A DNA stretch of 64,000 bases. Origin: Mizuhopecten yessoensis. Its lineage: Eukaryota. Below are positions 38,851-51,445 of the stretch, piece after piece (the first letter of the stretch is position 1; every line of letters starts with the position of its first letter). Below the pieces are notes generated by a model. That model searched no databases. It saw only the letters and a program-made list of their open reading frames with translations, and was not told the origin of the DNA. The DNA is taken from NCBI RefSeq assembly GCF_002113885.1, contig NW_018407426.1:809938-873937 (forward strand), given 5' to 3'. A program made the position numbers and the translations under genes.

Positions 38851-40619
38851 CGCTGTCCGTTTTGGTATTGCCGTTCACCTTGACCTCCGTCTTCTCCTCG
38901 TCAGGTTGGATATTCAACGACATTTGGTGCAAAATTCAAGGATTCATCTTTAGTGTGTGTGTGTTCTCCATACAGTTTTCCTTGATGGTTATCTCCCTTG
39001 ACAGGAATTATGCCATTATAAACTCGCTTCGTTATGTGAATGTCTTTACACAGAAACTTGCTAATATACTGATAGCCATGTGCTGGTTGTTGAGTGTAGT
39101 GTTAGCGTCTCTGCCGTTGTTAAACTGGGGTTCGTATGACTACATACCAAACCAATACACGTGTGCAATAAACTGGGAGGTGTCTAGTGAGTTTCTCACC
39201 ACAGTGTGTATATTAGTATTCCTTCTCCCTCTCCTTGTCCAGGCAATCTGCTATCTGAGCATTTTCAAAGCGGCGATCAGCCACACAAAACGGTCGAGTC
39301 GAGTGTATCCTTCAATGCAAACGAGTTCTATTAGAGGACTTACAAGTTCGGTCCAAGATCCGCCGAGTGATTCATCGGATATTAGTGACGTTTCACAAAA
39401 CGTTCAGGTGAAATATCAAAATATGGAGTGCAAGGCAGTGCGAACGATCCTGCTGATTGCTTTTACATATGCTATTTGTTGGGTTCCATATATGACGGTG
39501 TCGTTTTTAAGGCTCAGATCAGTCACCATAGTGTCCTACAGCGATTCGCTCGCTGTCTGTTTTCTCTTCCTGACTGGGGTAATCAACCCTGTTATATATG
39601 TATTCATGAATAGGGTAATGCGATTCGAGATAAATAAGTTTTTCTGTGGACCTAGTGGGAGAGATTCGAGAAAATCAAGCTCTGGCGATGACAACGATGA
39701 CTTCTATTCAACGACGACGATGAGTGTATCGATACCAAAGACAACGACGACATCGTCCTCTTCGAACAGTTGTCAAACTAGGTCAGGCGGAAAGAGCAGG
39801 AGGATAGAAATGAAAACTATAAAAGAAGAGGAGGTAGAACTAGAAAATGTTTTCAAACCCGGTCAATTCCCTAAAAAGGCGGAAAACCCGTCGGAAGAAA
39901 TTGTAAAGGTTTCCGTGGATAAAGAGGAACAAAAACCAGAATTATTTCTGAACCCTACTGATTTATATCTTCAGAGAAAACGGATACGAACAAAGCGTGA
40001 GCGGATGATGTCTATACGCGAGGAGGCGTCAATACCTATCCAGGAGACACTCGAATCTCCTGAATGGCAGTACTTAGAGGACTTGGACCTGGCATGGAAT
40101 CCTGCCATCTCGAAAGATTCACAGATTCAGTACAGACGTCGTCGATCGCGAATAAATTCCTTAGGGGCCAGGAAAGACGAAACATTTTCTAGGAAAAATC
40201 GAGATAGTGGATCATTCCTGTATTTTGAACATTTTAGTCCAAGCAAGGGACAACATGGACAGAATCGCCGATCAGGGCGCGGCCTATCGGTCGATGAAGC
40301 ATTATTTAGGTTCGACAATTTTCCTCGGAGTAAACAAAACAGACATCACAGCCTCTATGAGGGTATGCAAACTTCGATAACTGTACCAATGCCAGATTTA
40401 GAATCCTGTCGTCCACACGTTTCTGATCACGCACAAAACGGTAATGCCGGTTCTTCGGTCGAGTTAGGTCGAGAATGCAATACTGGTTCAGATCCTGAAC
40501 TCAACCGGAAGACACCGTCAACATCAAATCACGTGACACAGACATCAATCAAAGATGGTAACTCAACGCATCTTATACATGTGTCTCCACAACCAAAGCG
40601 AAATTGTTTGTCTGCTTAA
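38851..40619 (+). CDS. GPR161-like GPCR coding exon 2, copy 2
   Basis: Same translation as 28375-30143. Confidence 0.87.
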
Positions 40620-43072
40620 ACCTATTAACTTGTCATTTTCTATCAAACAATAAAAGTATCGGATTTTTTAATGAAACAGGCAGCCACTTGTTTTTAATCA
40701 AGTGTTTATTTTGGGTAACCAATGTAATTTGAAATCACAGTCTTAAGGTAAATGTCATGTAGAGTAGAAGTCTGGGGTGTATTACCTACTAGTTTAAGGT
40801 AATCCTTCTCCAGATATACATTAAACGTACAAATGTGTCTCGTTTTTATGATGCATTTAAGATAATGAATTTACCACTGCAAGTTTTATTTTTACCTCCA
40901 AATGGTATGTCTCCCTGCCTAAAAAATAAAATAGTGATACAAAATTAAATTTCGTTATATTTACTGGACAGCGCCTTCATTAACGAGGTCAACTTTTTGT
41001 GTTCTTTTGTTCTTAACAAAAATCAACAGTGTTTTCATTTCCCTCAGCATTGTAGAGACATATAAGTCTATTTATTTTTCAGAAGAACAGCCAACTTATG
41101 AGGTTCAATTTTCGCGCGTTTGTGCAGTTTCTTTATTCGTGAAGCCATATACATTATTCGGCCTCCGTTTCTCTGCTCAATCACTTTAATAAATCTTAAA
41201 TAAATTCCGATGTTTTGGATGGACTATGGAAATTAAAAACCGATTACCATTTTTTAACGTCTGTAGTTTATTCTTTGACTGTATTGCATGATTTTAATGA
41301 CCTTTAATAAATTACAATTAAGTTGGTTTGAGCGCAGATTTTATGTTTAACTATGACAATGGTTGCATGCCTATTGATCCAGGTCACGAGTATTGTGCAA
41401 ATTGGAGGTCCGTACTTAATGAATGTAGGAATAATATAGAATATGATTTGATATCAAACATATCCGTCATTTTGTCAAAAGTATAACTTATTTCATTGAA
41501 AAGTATTAATGCAGATTGAATTTGTTCCATTATTAAATAGATTTGGTGTGATTGACGTTTTTCAATGCAAAACCGCAATATTAGTTCACACTTAACTAAG
41601 TTGGAAATACAATATAAGGCAATTGACAAGGACGGAGGCAACTTGCCCAGGAATTTTAAATACTGAATGAAAATAGAATTTACAACTTGTCTTGTGGCAG
41701 TGCTAATTTGACGCACGTGTTTCACTTTAAGTACACATATATATGAATCAGTGTGGAAACATGACCTCTCCATATTTTGTAATAAGTTTTATGTCTAAAT
41801 TAATCTTAACCTGATTGATGCTCTCAAAGAGTTTTGAAAAATAAGATTGTCCTGACGACGCAGTTAGATGGTAGATATGAATACATGTATAGCTTAGTAT
41901 CTCAATTTTTGCGATCAATATGTATTTTCGGGAGAGTTGTTTGCGAAGATATTGAGAATATAACATTCAGACACTGATAAAAAGATATACATAAATAGTA
42001 CCTTATTGTTATTTCGTGAATAACATATAAAGAATGTATGAAGAAATAGCGGAGATGATCATTAGCTGAAGTTATAATAATGGTAGATAGTGTTAATTGG
42101 TAGTTTTCAAAAAGAATAACCCTAATTCAAATCAGATGTATTATGTGTTAGGTATCATATCAATTGTTATGAATTTTCTATACAGATTTGAGTTTTAACT
42201 TACATTTCTCCTGAAGACATCACTTAGCTCGGAGTATACACTTTGTGTGAAACATGACGGTGCTTCAATCGGCTGTACTCATAAGTGAGCTGGGTCACTT
42301 GTCTTTTTATGAATGGAATGCTGAGGTTGAGACAAGCGGATAGTTTCGTGTAGCCTGTTTATATCCTAATGGTTGACAGAAGAAATCACTCACAGCTATT
42401 CTGTGAAAGGTGGGGAAAAAGTATTAGTTTAAATCGAAACACACACACACCTGTTTTTGAGAATTAGTCAAAATATCACATAAGTGATGCTGTTGATACA
42501 TCGAAAATCTTAACCGAAGTAAAAAAGGTTTTATGCATTACAGTTGCATTCTAACGATTCGTGTCCTTTAAATACTTGCATGTTTCAATATTTCGTTTTT
42601 TTAAAGAATATTTGTACTCCGAAACTTCTTTTTCAGGAGGAGTTGAGTTCGCTCAGAAAAATATATAAACCATCTGTTTAAATGTGTTTTAGAAATACTT
42701 GCAGAATTTATGATAGTGGTTGAGCTTGTCAGCCATCGACAATTCTGCAAGCTATCATGGTTTTTGCAAAGCTTCTGCAGAAATGAACAATTCCTAAAAT
42801 TAAGGTGACTATAAATATTAACCCAAAATTTTGTCCATAATTGAACTAAGGTCTAGTTTTACAATATGCAGACCAAAAGTTCTGTAAGTTATTGAAATAA
42901 GTGAATAGATTAATAATATTTTATAAGAACGATTTTATTTCGCTGATTTAAGGAATTATAATAAACCATATTTGTGTAAAAAGAAAACCAAAAATCAAAG
43001 TGTCAACAAAATCGTTATTCGAAATAAAAAACCGATGGTAACTTGTTGACTCTGTCAGGCGAATACGACCAG

Positions 43073-44136
43073 GGCCCGTATTCTTGAAACCGTTCTCGTG
43101 CCCAAGCCTTAATTCTGTGCTCAAGCCAGCTTTTTTGAAACTCGCTTGATTTATGTTACATGGTCAAAAAAGCAAGTGGAAATATTGAAAATATTATTTG
43201 GCTTTCAGTCTCTCAAGATGTGAATTTTTATTAGTTTATCTCGAAAACTAACTGTTGGGGTATACTTTGATAGTTCACTGAACATGGAGAAACAAGTGAA
43301 CGCTATTGTCAAATCCTGTTACTACCAGATCAGGAACATCGGCTGTATTCGGCAGTTTTTAACTGCAGATGCATGCAAGATTTTGGTGCATTCACTTGTT
43401 ACCTCTCGGTTGGATTATGGTAACGCCCTGCTCTGTGGTATATCTGACAAACTAAGTAGTCGTCTGTAGAGGGTCCAGAACACTGCAGCACGGCTAGTAA
43501 CACGTACTCGAAAGAGAGATCACATCACACATGTGCTCTATTCGTTGCACTGGTTACCTGTACGATACAGGTCGCAGTACAAAATTCTGGTGTACACATA
43601 CAAGGCACTGAATGGAACAGCTCCTCAGTACATACAGGAGCTTGTTACCCTGTATCAGCCGTCACGATCACTGCGGTCGGAGTCAGAATCTTTGTTGTGT
43701 GTCCCAAAATCTTGTACTGTGACCTACGGAAACAGATGCTTTGGAAGGCTTCCGGCTACGTTGTGGAATAGCTTACCATCTGCAATCAGAAAGTCCAATA
43801 CTCTGGCCAAGTTGAAGAGGGACATCAAAACTCACCTCTTCACGTCTGCATTTTAGAATCATTGCAAAGACGTTATGTAAATACCACCCTTTTATTTGTT
43901 CAATTATGTGCACATTGCTTGCTTAAATGTATAAAAGTGATTGTAAGCCTTTGTTTTTTGTTTTCACAATTATTACCATTACTATTATCCATATGTTGTA
44001 AAGCGCTTTAGTGTAATTTTACAAATTATATAGGGCGCTATATAAATGTTGTTTATTATTATTATTATGTTATTGTTATTGGGCTTGAGCACAGAATCTG
44101 AGTTTGAGCATGGGAACGGTTTCATAAATACGGGAC
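43073..44136. mobile_element. PIF/Harbinger-like MITE with ~55-bp TIRs and CAG target-site duplication, carrying an L2 insertion
   Basis: CAG|GGCCCGTATTCTTGAAACCGTTCTCGTGCCCAAGC...TGTGCTCAAGCC and GGCTTGAGCACAGA...GGGAACGGTTTCATAAATACGGGAC|CAG. A related copy without the LINE lies at ~50955-51198. Confidence 0.75.
43251..44080 (+). mobile_element. 5'-truncated L2/CR1-group LINE (RT C-terminus and 3' UTR)
   Basis: ORFs 43284 and 43533 are one frame split by a TAG at 43467. Motifs SLVTSRLDYGNALL, VQNTAARLV, LHWLPV, LWNSLP, KTHLF. Tail AAAGCGCTTT...GCGCTATATAAATG...(TTA)n. Confidence 0.9.
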
Positions 44137-44900
44137 CAGGTGTTTCGGAAGAGTAAGCTTCATCGACGATATCCGCCACGTAAATCTAGGTTAAATTCAA
44201 AGGAGAATGGGGGAAGTGAAAACGAAGCAACAACACATGCTAATGACCATACTAAAAAAAACATCGACCATCATATCACACAAATACATATTATATTTTC
44301 GTGTGAGATATGACGGCGACCATAACAAATCTGTACGTCAGTCTGCAAGCGACATCTATCACAAAAGCCGTGATATTCAAAAGAAGTTATTGATTACCGA
44401 ATCAACAGTGACTTATACACACTGAATGTTTGGGGAAGCAGGGATGTTACTATCAAGAAAAAGGGTGTATGATAGGGAAATCTAAAACGTCACGCTTATT
44501 AAACAACTTAGAAAAAACTTAAAGTTCGAGGAAAGCAGCATTTGATGAAGAAGAGTCTGTAGTGTCCTTGGTTTCAAGGTCTGGAGAGTATTTGAGATTG
44601 GCCTGGTCAACTCTTTCTTGTTAATTAAAATTAGCCCTTCATAAATACATCTGAAACTTAAGTTAAAGGACTTGGTAAGGTTTTGTTATCAGTGATAAGC
44701 TGTGTGAATAAATTCAGCCTCATAGGAAAATAAAACCAAACCAGTCAGAAGAGGGGCTCAGTTTGTTCCCAGAGGAATGACTACAGTCAGCTAGAAAATC
44801 TTGTCAACGAATTCAGCAAAGAATTTTCAAACAGGTTCTCATGATTTCATCCTCGGTACTTTTTAATTTGGTCTTTTTCGTGTTTTTCATAAAATATTCT
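44137..44900 (-). mobile_element. Decayed Penelope-like retroelement RT
   Basis: Minus strand 44811-44705 reads FVDKIF*LTVVIPLGTN*APLLTGLVLFSYEAEFIH (cf. QQxVGIPMGTNCAPLLADLFLYSYExEF); DFPI...FLDSNIPASP at ~44482-44432. Confidence 0.7.
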
Positions 44901-45281
44901 CTTAGACAGTTTAGAACGATATTATTTTTATTGCCGTCCGACTTTTTTTGTGGGGAAAAAAATATCTCAAAATAAGAGAAATAAGGCGTAATTTCAGTTT
45001 GGTATGAGGTATGGTAGCGTTAACAGTGGAGTATCAAAGCATATTTTGAATTCTTCTAAATCCACATTTTATTAATACGCTTCTGTATTGTATTGTGCCA
45101 AAATAAGATTTTAACACTGATTTCATGGTACTAAACATGAGGTAAAAAGTTTGAAATTGCTTGTTGAACAACTAGCAGAACCGGCGATAAAAAAACATGT
45201 TCATATGAGTTCTTATTAAGGTACGTGATCTAATACAATCAAGGCAGGTCCATATTTTCATCATTCACTGGTATTTAGAAT

Positions 45282-45314
<33 letters not shown>

Positions 45315-47799
45315 TCGTAATTCACTTGTGTTTCGTCTTTTATATGTACACATTAATGAACACTGTATATTGCTGATATTTTATGGTATATTTATTTTCG
45401 CGGATCTGACTCCTCACGAGTAAGCATAGTATTGTGAGTTCGCAAAATTATGTGTACGCCAATTACAATAAATCTAGTGAGTATTGGAAGACCAGATAAA
45501 AGTAAAAAGTCTATTAAAAAATATAATAGAACCGATTTCAGATTAACTACCTATGCTATACCATATTCCAATACTTGCTGTGGCTTCATGTTCTTCAAAT
45601 GGAACTTAGAAGGATAATTAGCATCAAATGACTTTGTCGGGGAGAGAAAGCAGCAACACATTTTTAGTCTAGGTCGTACCATAAAAAAATAAAACCGTAG
45701 TCATCTGCGTCGAAGGATAGTGACTTCCCTACAGAACCAATCTGTCCATTTATTACAGGTCATAAGCAGGAAAGGTTACATCTATTAATTTTTATGGTAA
45801 ATATAAAATGTCAATTTCTTGTGTGTTATAGAACATTTTATCGGCGTGTATCGCGTTCCAAAGATAAGCTCACCTGACGACTTCCGGTATAACATGGCAA
45901 CATGCCACGCAACACGGCCACTTCCCGTTTTACATTCTGCTTCGCGTTTAGTTTGTTGACATTGCAATCGTTTGTGTTGGAGCAAACTGGCACATTGACA
46001 ATAACTCAATACTGTTAAATAGTACGCGGTCTGTACAATCAGCATTGCTCCATGATTAGAAAAACATTTTTTTTCGAAAGCGAACACATTTTTGTCATAA
46101 TATGGAAGGATATAAATTGAAAACAGACTTCAATATAATAAATTAAGCAAATTATGATACAATGTCTATTTTCGTGCTATGATAGATATGACGTATTGCA
46201 AGGCCACATGAACATAATAAGGTCACATAGAGCCACATGACAGAACGTCGGTAAATTTTTGTCATGGTAAATGATCTTAGAATAACGGTTTCTTCTTTAT
46301 TGTCGCCTAATTAAGCATTTCGTATATAGCACTATAAATCTTCTTTGTTTTAACCCCCGGCATCATTGATGAAATTAAATAGAACCAAACCACGCCTTCT
46401 ACCAAAATGAGATATTTCAGGTATTTATAGTATTAGTGTCAGGTCGTTGAAGATGAGTTTAGTGTTTTTGTTTATAACACAGTTTAAGGTTTGCCGACAG
46501 TCATCTAGAAATTGGATATGGTGAAAAACCATAAATGGGCGAAAAGAGAAGCTCAAGTAGATATCCTATCTGAATACGTAAAGTCTAACTACGCATCTGA
46601 TACTGAGGCGATTATCTGTGCTGAGCAAGTTTATGAATGTTGAATAACAAGTTTATTTCACAAGATCCCGCTGTCAGAGAATAAACCTTTATGGCAGTTC
46701 AATTACATCATTACCAGCGATATAACAGAAATAACCACTTTGGTGAAAACGAACACAATGTATCCTTACTGTAGTGAAGTAACGGGAAATGTGATTTTTT
46801 TACATGTGATAAGATAAGGTCCCTTCCCGATAAGATATTGACCAATCACATCGATATTTTCCACTCATTGCATGCAAACCGGCCAATGTTCTGTTCTACG
46901 GCAGGTGAAGCGACGATAAAAAACGTAGTTTTTGTACATTTTAGTACCTGTAGTAGTTTCTCTTCATTATTAACTTAAGTGCATGATTGTGTAGGCAAAT
47001 TGTAAAAGATTAACTCAGAAAACGGTAGAATTGCATTGATAATCCCATTGAAAATGGCGCGTAGTCTTGTTGTAAAGCGTGACATCATTTGAAAGATGAA
47101 TCCGTGGCATGTTATTGCAATTTTAAAATGATTTAATTTAATTTGAAATGTATCTTTTTAACATTAATAGTGTTGCATACCCTCACAAATGTTAAAAAAG
47201 ATACATTTTAAACCTTATATTTACGTTCTATTGCATCCACTTTTATTATTTGAAATTAAGAAAAAAAGGATTTTTTCACGTTAAAAAGCAAAACACCGTC
47301 ATGAGAACAACATGAATTGAACAGCCTTTTTCGCGGGAAAGATGATGCACAGTTGAGCAATAAACAAATAGTTCCACTCTTCCACTTTTTTTTTTTAAAG
47401 ATTTAATTTATATTACCAGCATGTTTAACAAACATTGATTATCTTAAATTGGCAGTTGATCTTAATTTAAAACAAAAATACTATGTAAAATATTTTAGTT
47501 GCAAAAAGTCAGACAATTCCGTGTTTGCAAAGATAGCTGACCGTTAAAAACCGGTTGTGCAGCGGCTACGCTCATCAGGCCACGAAGCGGTTGGACTTTC
47601 AACGAGATAGAAAGTGCGTCCGTAAAATGTAGAGTTTCCTAAGAAACCAGATGACCATCTAAAAGATGCCGTTGGCTGAATTCTTATGTCGATCGTTTGT
47701 GTCAACATGACTTGCTCTGACATCCTTTGAGCATTCGGCTATGTTACTGAGGGACTGGCCGACGAGTCGGGACGATTTCACATGCTTCGCCACTTGCAA

Positions 47800-48010
47800 C
47801 GGACGTTAGTGTAGATTCTAGAGGACAGTGAATTATTCTGTTCTGTTGAAAAGGACCTGGTATAGATCCTAAAGCAGACTCGCTTCGGTGGCCCTACACA
47901 AACATGATGTGCCTTGATTCAAAACCACAATCATTCCATATTCCTGGGACAACGTCCGCGACGTCGTTGTCCTGGAGCACAGGGGTTCGTTATAAATGTC
48001 TGTGGCTGGA
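47800..48010 (-). pseudogene. Decayed Crypton-type tyrosine recombinase C-terminus
   Basis: Minus strand, allowing frameshifts: IY..RTTTSRTLSQ / CGFESRHIMFV*GHRSESALG / YTRSFSTEQNNSLSS, matching the Crypton motif AGFEARHIMxVSGHRSESSLxSY. Confidence 0.6.
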
Positions 48011-48637
48011 GTTAACACACGACGTATTCTAGACGCTGAGTACGTGGACTTCAATTTCTTTAAAGGTCGGGGTGATTTCTTGTTGATAATTTAAAAAAGG
48101 ATTATGAGAACATATTTACATGTATTTTAACCGTTGATAAACAATCTCGTTTTGTTTTGGTGTGTGTGAGTGTGTGTGGGGGGGGGTGTGTGTGTTGAGG
48201 GTGGAGGGGGGTCAGAGGTCATGTAACGGTACATGTAGTACTGTTAATATTACTACACACTTGCCTTTATTGAATCATGCACACATTTTGAGTTGGTACT
48301 GTTATCTAGAGGCACTGCAACACAAATGTAAATATTCGATACGGTATGCCAAAATGAACTACTTGCACCATACATCAGTTTCGTCCTTCTAGGGTGATGT
48401 CAGGGGTCAAAACAGTGAAATCAGAATTGATCTCAAGTACTTTTGAATTGTTAGGGTAGGTGTGTAAAATCCCATAACTATAGGAAATAAAAAAAAAGTA
48501 TTGTTTAACTTCAAATAAATAATGAGTAAAGTGTATATTTTGAACCATGACGCTACTTAAAATGGATCGCTGTGGCTATCAAGGTCATAGCAAACCTCGG
48601 AGACTAAGAGAGTCACTAGCAGAGTCTACCACGTTGC

Positions 48638-48928
48638 ATAATAATAATAATTTGAGGTTCTTTTATACCGCTTTATCACAACCTAGCTCGTAGGTCGTCT
48701 CACAAATTCACAAATTATCATAGGGCCTTTGCAACCAGCCGATACCTTTCTCAACTCCCTGGGGAGCTGCCATTTCGGCGCTCACAGCTAGCACACGTAC
48801 TCACTTACAGCTGAGAAGAATAGAACAAGCGGAGTATCTTGCTCAAAGATACATGCCGTGCCGTGACTCGAACCCGCAACCCTTCGGTCACGAGCCCGGC
48901 GTCCTACCACTAGACTACCGTGTCTCCT
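48638..48928 (-). mobile_element. tRNA-derived SINE (CORE/Deu-like, L2-like tail), uninterrupted copy
   Basis: Head AGGAGACACGGTAGTCTAGTGGTAGGACGCCGGGCTCGTGACCGAAGGGTTGCGGGTTCGAGTCACGG with A and B boxes; body GAGCGCCGAAATGGCAGCTCCCCAGGGAGTTGAG; (TTA)n tail. Confidence 0.8.
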
Positions 48929-50954
48929 AGAAGGTGCAGGTAAACACACAAAGGTGATTACACCTTTTTAACTTTGTAATAGATATACAGTATGCCAACA
49001 CGACATACACAGAACCGTACAGCTGGTCCGTCTTTCTGGGTCTCATTGTCGATTCCAGGGTCAAAAAAGGTGAAAATCCAAACTTGTCTAAACTACTGTT
49101 GACACAGAGCGGGAAATGCGTAAATCCAGGATACGCTCCTTAACTCCGCACTTGTCTTTCGTCTTTGCAAATTTCAAATGATATGAATAAACAAATACAA
49201 TAATAATGGTTTCACTTTGAATACCATATATATATATATATATATATCACTGGTATGACAGAATATCCTGATATTTTTTCACGAGTATTTTCAAATAACA
49301 ATCTAAATATGTGGTATTCAAAAGGGCAAAACATTAAATATCTATGCTGTGTTTGCTTTTTTTTCATTCCTTCGTTTGACATATAGGTGTTGGTTTATAG
49401 AAATTAACTGAGAGAAGGGAAATAAAATCGTTTATATAAAACGGACAATGTCTTATCATGCAAATAATCCAAAACTGCTTCGAATCGAAATTGATATTTC
49501 ATTGGTTAATTGATTAGCCAATCAGCAGAGGTTGACAGTAGATATATCACACGCTTTCGGCGTGGTGCAAGAGTAAATATTATTGATTATTGTAACTGGT
49601 TCATGCAAACAACAGGACCCAGTAAATATCTTAGCCAGATTACTTCACTGTATGTTGGTAATATATGGTGTTTGTTCTCTGTTAACACAGGACGCAAATG
49701 TATCAAATTTAATTAGTTCTGTGACAGTGACGGTCGTTAAGGTAAATTCCACGTAGGTGGTAATTTTCATAATTTTCAAACAAGCATGTCAAGGGGTTCA
49801 AAATGATCGTCTTCAGACAATATACGCGAACATACTGATATTTCCGAAGTCTTTTAGAAAAATTGTTAAATTAAAAAAAATACTTAGTGTTTCATCACCA
49901 TCGTGAATTTGGAATGACTTGTAACTGTCGAGAGCGTTACTAGATACATTGTGCAACAACTAAGTAGGTGTCATTTCCGTCGATATATACCAGCACGACA
50001 TTGCGTGGTGTTATAGCCACGGATATATATTGTAACTAGATAGTTTTCGTGCCAGACAAATACGTGTACGTAAATACACATGTTAATACCACGCGTGGTG
50101 TTCGGATTGTAGACAAATACACAAAAAAAAACCCACCAAAACAACAACTGAGCTTTGAGCAATTCTATGATACATTTATCATGGTTCATGAGATTAAAGA
50201 ACGAGCGAAACATGATTAATCGAGGGGGAACAAATAATCGTATTTCCTTATCACAAGGGCAATACATGTTTTATAATACTGAAATAGAACATAATACAAC
50301 AATGAAGATGATTTGGTTTCCGCGCCATTGTTATCCTCTCATAAGGGAGATATGACCGGGGAAAATCGAGCGCTTGAGAGAAACACGATGTTAAAGTTAC
50401 CCGACATGCAATATTATTCAGTCAGATAAGCTGTTATAAAGATGAGGTACAATTATTTCTAATACACTGACAGTTTTGTGAAGGTCCGATATTGTTTTTA
50501 TCTTCAAGGAGGTATGGGCCAACCGGTTTAAGCATTAAGTACGCCGACAAACGTGTTACATTTGTGGATTTTAAATTCTAAAAGTTCAAGAACAATACAC
50601 ATTTCTAGATAAAGATGATGAATATCTATCACTTCAACTAGGAAACGTTAAATCGATTGTATCATATGTATTTGCGGTTTACGTGGTGCTGTATACAAAA
50701 TATGGATACAAATAACACCGTACGTTCTATACAAGAAAAATACTACTTCTCACATCTGAGCTAATCGCTCCTCGATCCAAACTAACGAGACGCTCATATT
50801 TCGGTGGAACCTATTAAATCCGAAAATTTCGATATAGGAAAAAAATTCTGGAACAATATGTATTCCGGACTAACGAAATTACACAGTACACGGTTACAAT
50901 ACCATTTGATTGGGGTTCCAGATTTACATTTTATGTCTGGATTAACAATATCGC

Positions 50955-51198
50955 ATATTCACGAAACCGTTCACATGCTCAAACTCAGAGTTTGTGCTCA
51001 AGCCCAATTTCTTGTTGATAAATAAATAAAAGGTACATTTTGTCAATGATCTGCAAGAATTTTGTAGAGCCTTTGGGCCGAATACCGTGTCCGATGTTTA
51101 ATCTTGGCTTTTTGACCATGTCCCATGATTTTGAGCCAGTTACAAAATAGGTTTGAGCACAGAATCCATGCTTGAGCACGGAAACGGTTTCATGAACA
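50955..51198. mobile_element. MITE of the same family as 43073-44136
   Basis: TIRs TATTCACGAAACCGTTCACATGCTCAAACTCAGAGTTTGTGCTCAAGCC and GGTTTGAGCACAGAATCCATGCTTGAGCACGGAAACGGTTTCATGAACA. Confidence 0.7.
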
Positions 51199-51445
51199 GG
51201 GGGGGGGGGGGGGGGGGGGGGGCGCGGTTGCCAAGTGGTTAAGGCGTCTGACATTCTACAACCACTAGCCCTCCACCACTGGATCGCGGGTTCGATGCCT
51301 ACGTGGGGCAGTCACCAGGTACTGGTCGCAGGTCAGTGGTTTTTCTCAGGGAACTCCGGCTTTCCTCCACCACAAAAAAACTTATACGTCCTTAAATGAC
51401 CATAGCTGTTAATAGGACGTAAAACACAAACAAACAAACAAACAA
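51199..51445 (+). mobile_element. Full-length V-SINE-like element with a 9-bp TSD
   Basis: tRNA head (TTGCCAAGTGGTTAAGGCG...GGTTCGATGCC), V-like GGTTTTTCTCAGGGAACTCCGGCTTTCCTCCACC, (CAAA)n tail. TSD TCATGAACA at 51190-51198 and 51446-51454. Confidence 0.8.

Larger units (their letters stand above)
22350..43300 (+). repeat. 10,476-bp direct tandem duplication (22350-32824 / 32826-43300), probable assembly artefact
   Basis: All paired ORFs are offset by exactly 10476 (23580/34056, 25100/35576, 28386/38862, 31272/41748) with identical translations. The junction is a single N at 32825. Confidence 0.93.

Noticed and set aside
34056-40619. A genuine second GPCR paralog
   Set aside because: No divergence seen from copy 1 even in introns, and the junction is an N. 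Treated as a probable assembly duplicate until reads show otherwise.
51221-51305. tRNA gene (likewise 48860-48928 and 12220-12287)
   Set aside because: A and B boxes are present but there is no complete cloverleaf, and each is followed by a SINE body and tail (with a TSD at 51199).
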